Source: Bigelowiella natans CCMP2755 (taxonomy: Eukaryota; Protista; Cercozoa). Taken from it: a stretch of 64,000 bases of DNA. The DNA is taken from contig ADNK01001995.1 in the NCBI GenBank assembly GCA_000320545.1, positions 3,821 through 67,820 of the forward strand, written 5' to 3'. This document shows, piece after piece, positions 63,751 to 64,000 of this stretch. The notes below the pieces were generated by a model. It was not told where the DNA came from. It saw nothing but the letters and a program-made list of their open reading frames with translations, and made no database searches. Made by a program: the position numbers and the translations under genes. The first letter of the stretch is position 1. Each line of letters starts with the position of its first letter.

Positions 63751-63955
63751 CGCTGCTCCCGGCAGATGCCAGAGTCTAATCGCGTTGTTGTTGTACACAT
63801 GGCATTGCATCGCATGGGGTTTGTATTGAGTACTCGTACGTGTGGCCGTTGGCCGTCAGGAGCCCCGAAAGGGATATTAGTCAAAATAGGGGTAAAAAAG
63901 AAGGGAAGTGAGAGGGGGGCATGGCGAACCACGTGCCTCGTGGGGAGATAATGGT

Positions 63956-64000
63956 CGGAGGGAGGGAGGGAGGGAGGGAGGGAGGGAGGGAGGGAGGGGA
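63956..64000 (+). repeat. (GGGA)n tetranucleotide repeat
   Basis: Direct sequence at the window end. Confidence 0.9.

Overview
Intron-rich eukaryotic nuclear DNA with microsatellite-laden introns. A bipartite signal+transit peptide on one gene points to an alga with a complex plastid, plausibly a chlorarachniophyte (inference). About 18 protein-coding genes were reconstructed by hand: PRMT-like methyltransferase, signal-peptide HSP20, amidase, CRAL-TRIO, a large UVR/EF-hand-like protein, PPIL4, SPRYD7, TDP2, a secreted bacterial-like CBM protein, B3GLCT, EBP, a plastid repeat-linker/2Fe-2S ferredoxin, tandem PX, H15+zf-PARP, class II RNR, SAP-like, ERCC1 and a low-complexity protein. The most striking signal is five ~0.9-1.6 kb intergenic tracts almost devoid of TpA except in CTAG/CTA/TAG context. 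They look like the footprint of a locus-targeted TpA->TpG/CpA hypermutation or base-modification system, the reverse of fungal RIP. Also notable are a spliced B12-dependent class II ribonucleotide reductase with an apparent mitochondrial presequence, and a plastid-targeted ferredoxin carrying 3x35-aa AEEWIxxWK repeats. Gene boundaries and dinucleotide counts were made by eye and are approximate.
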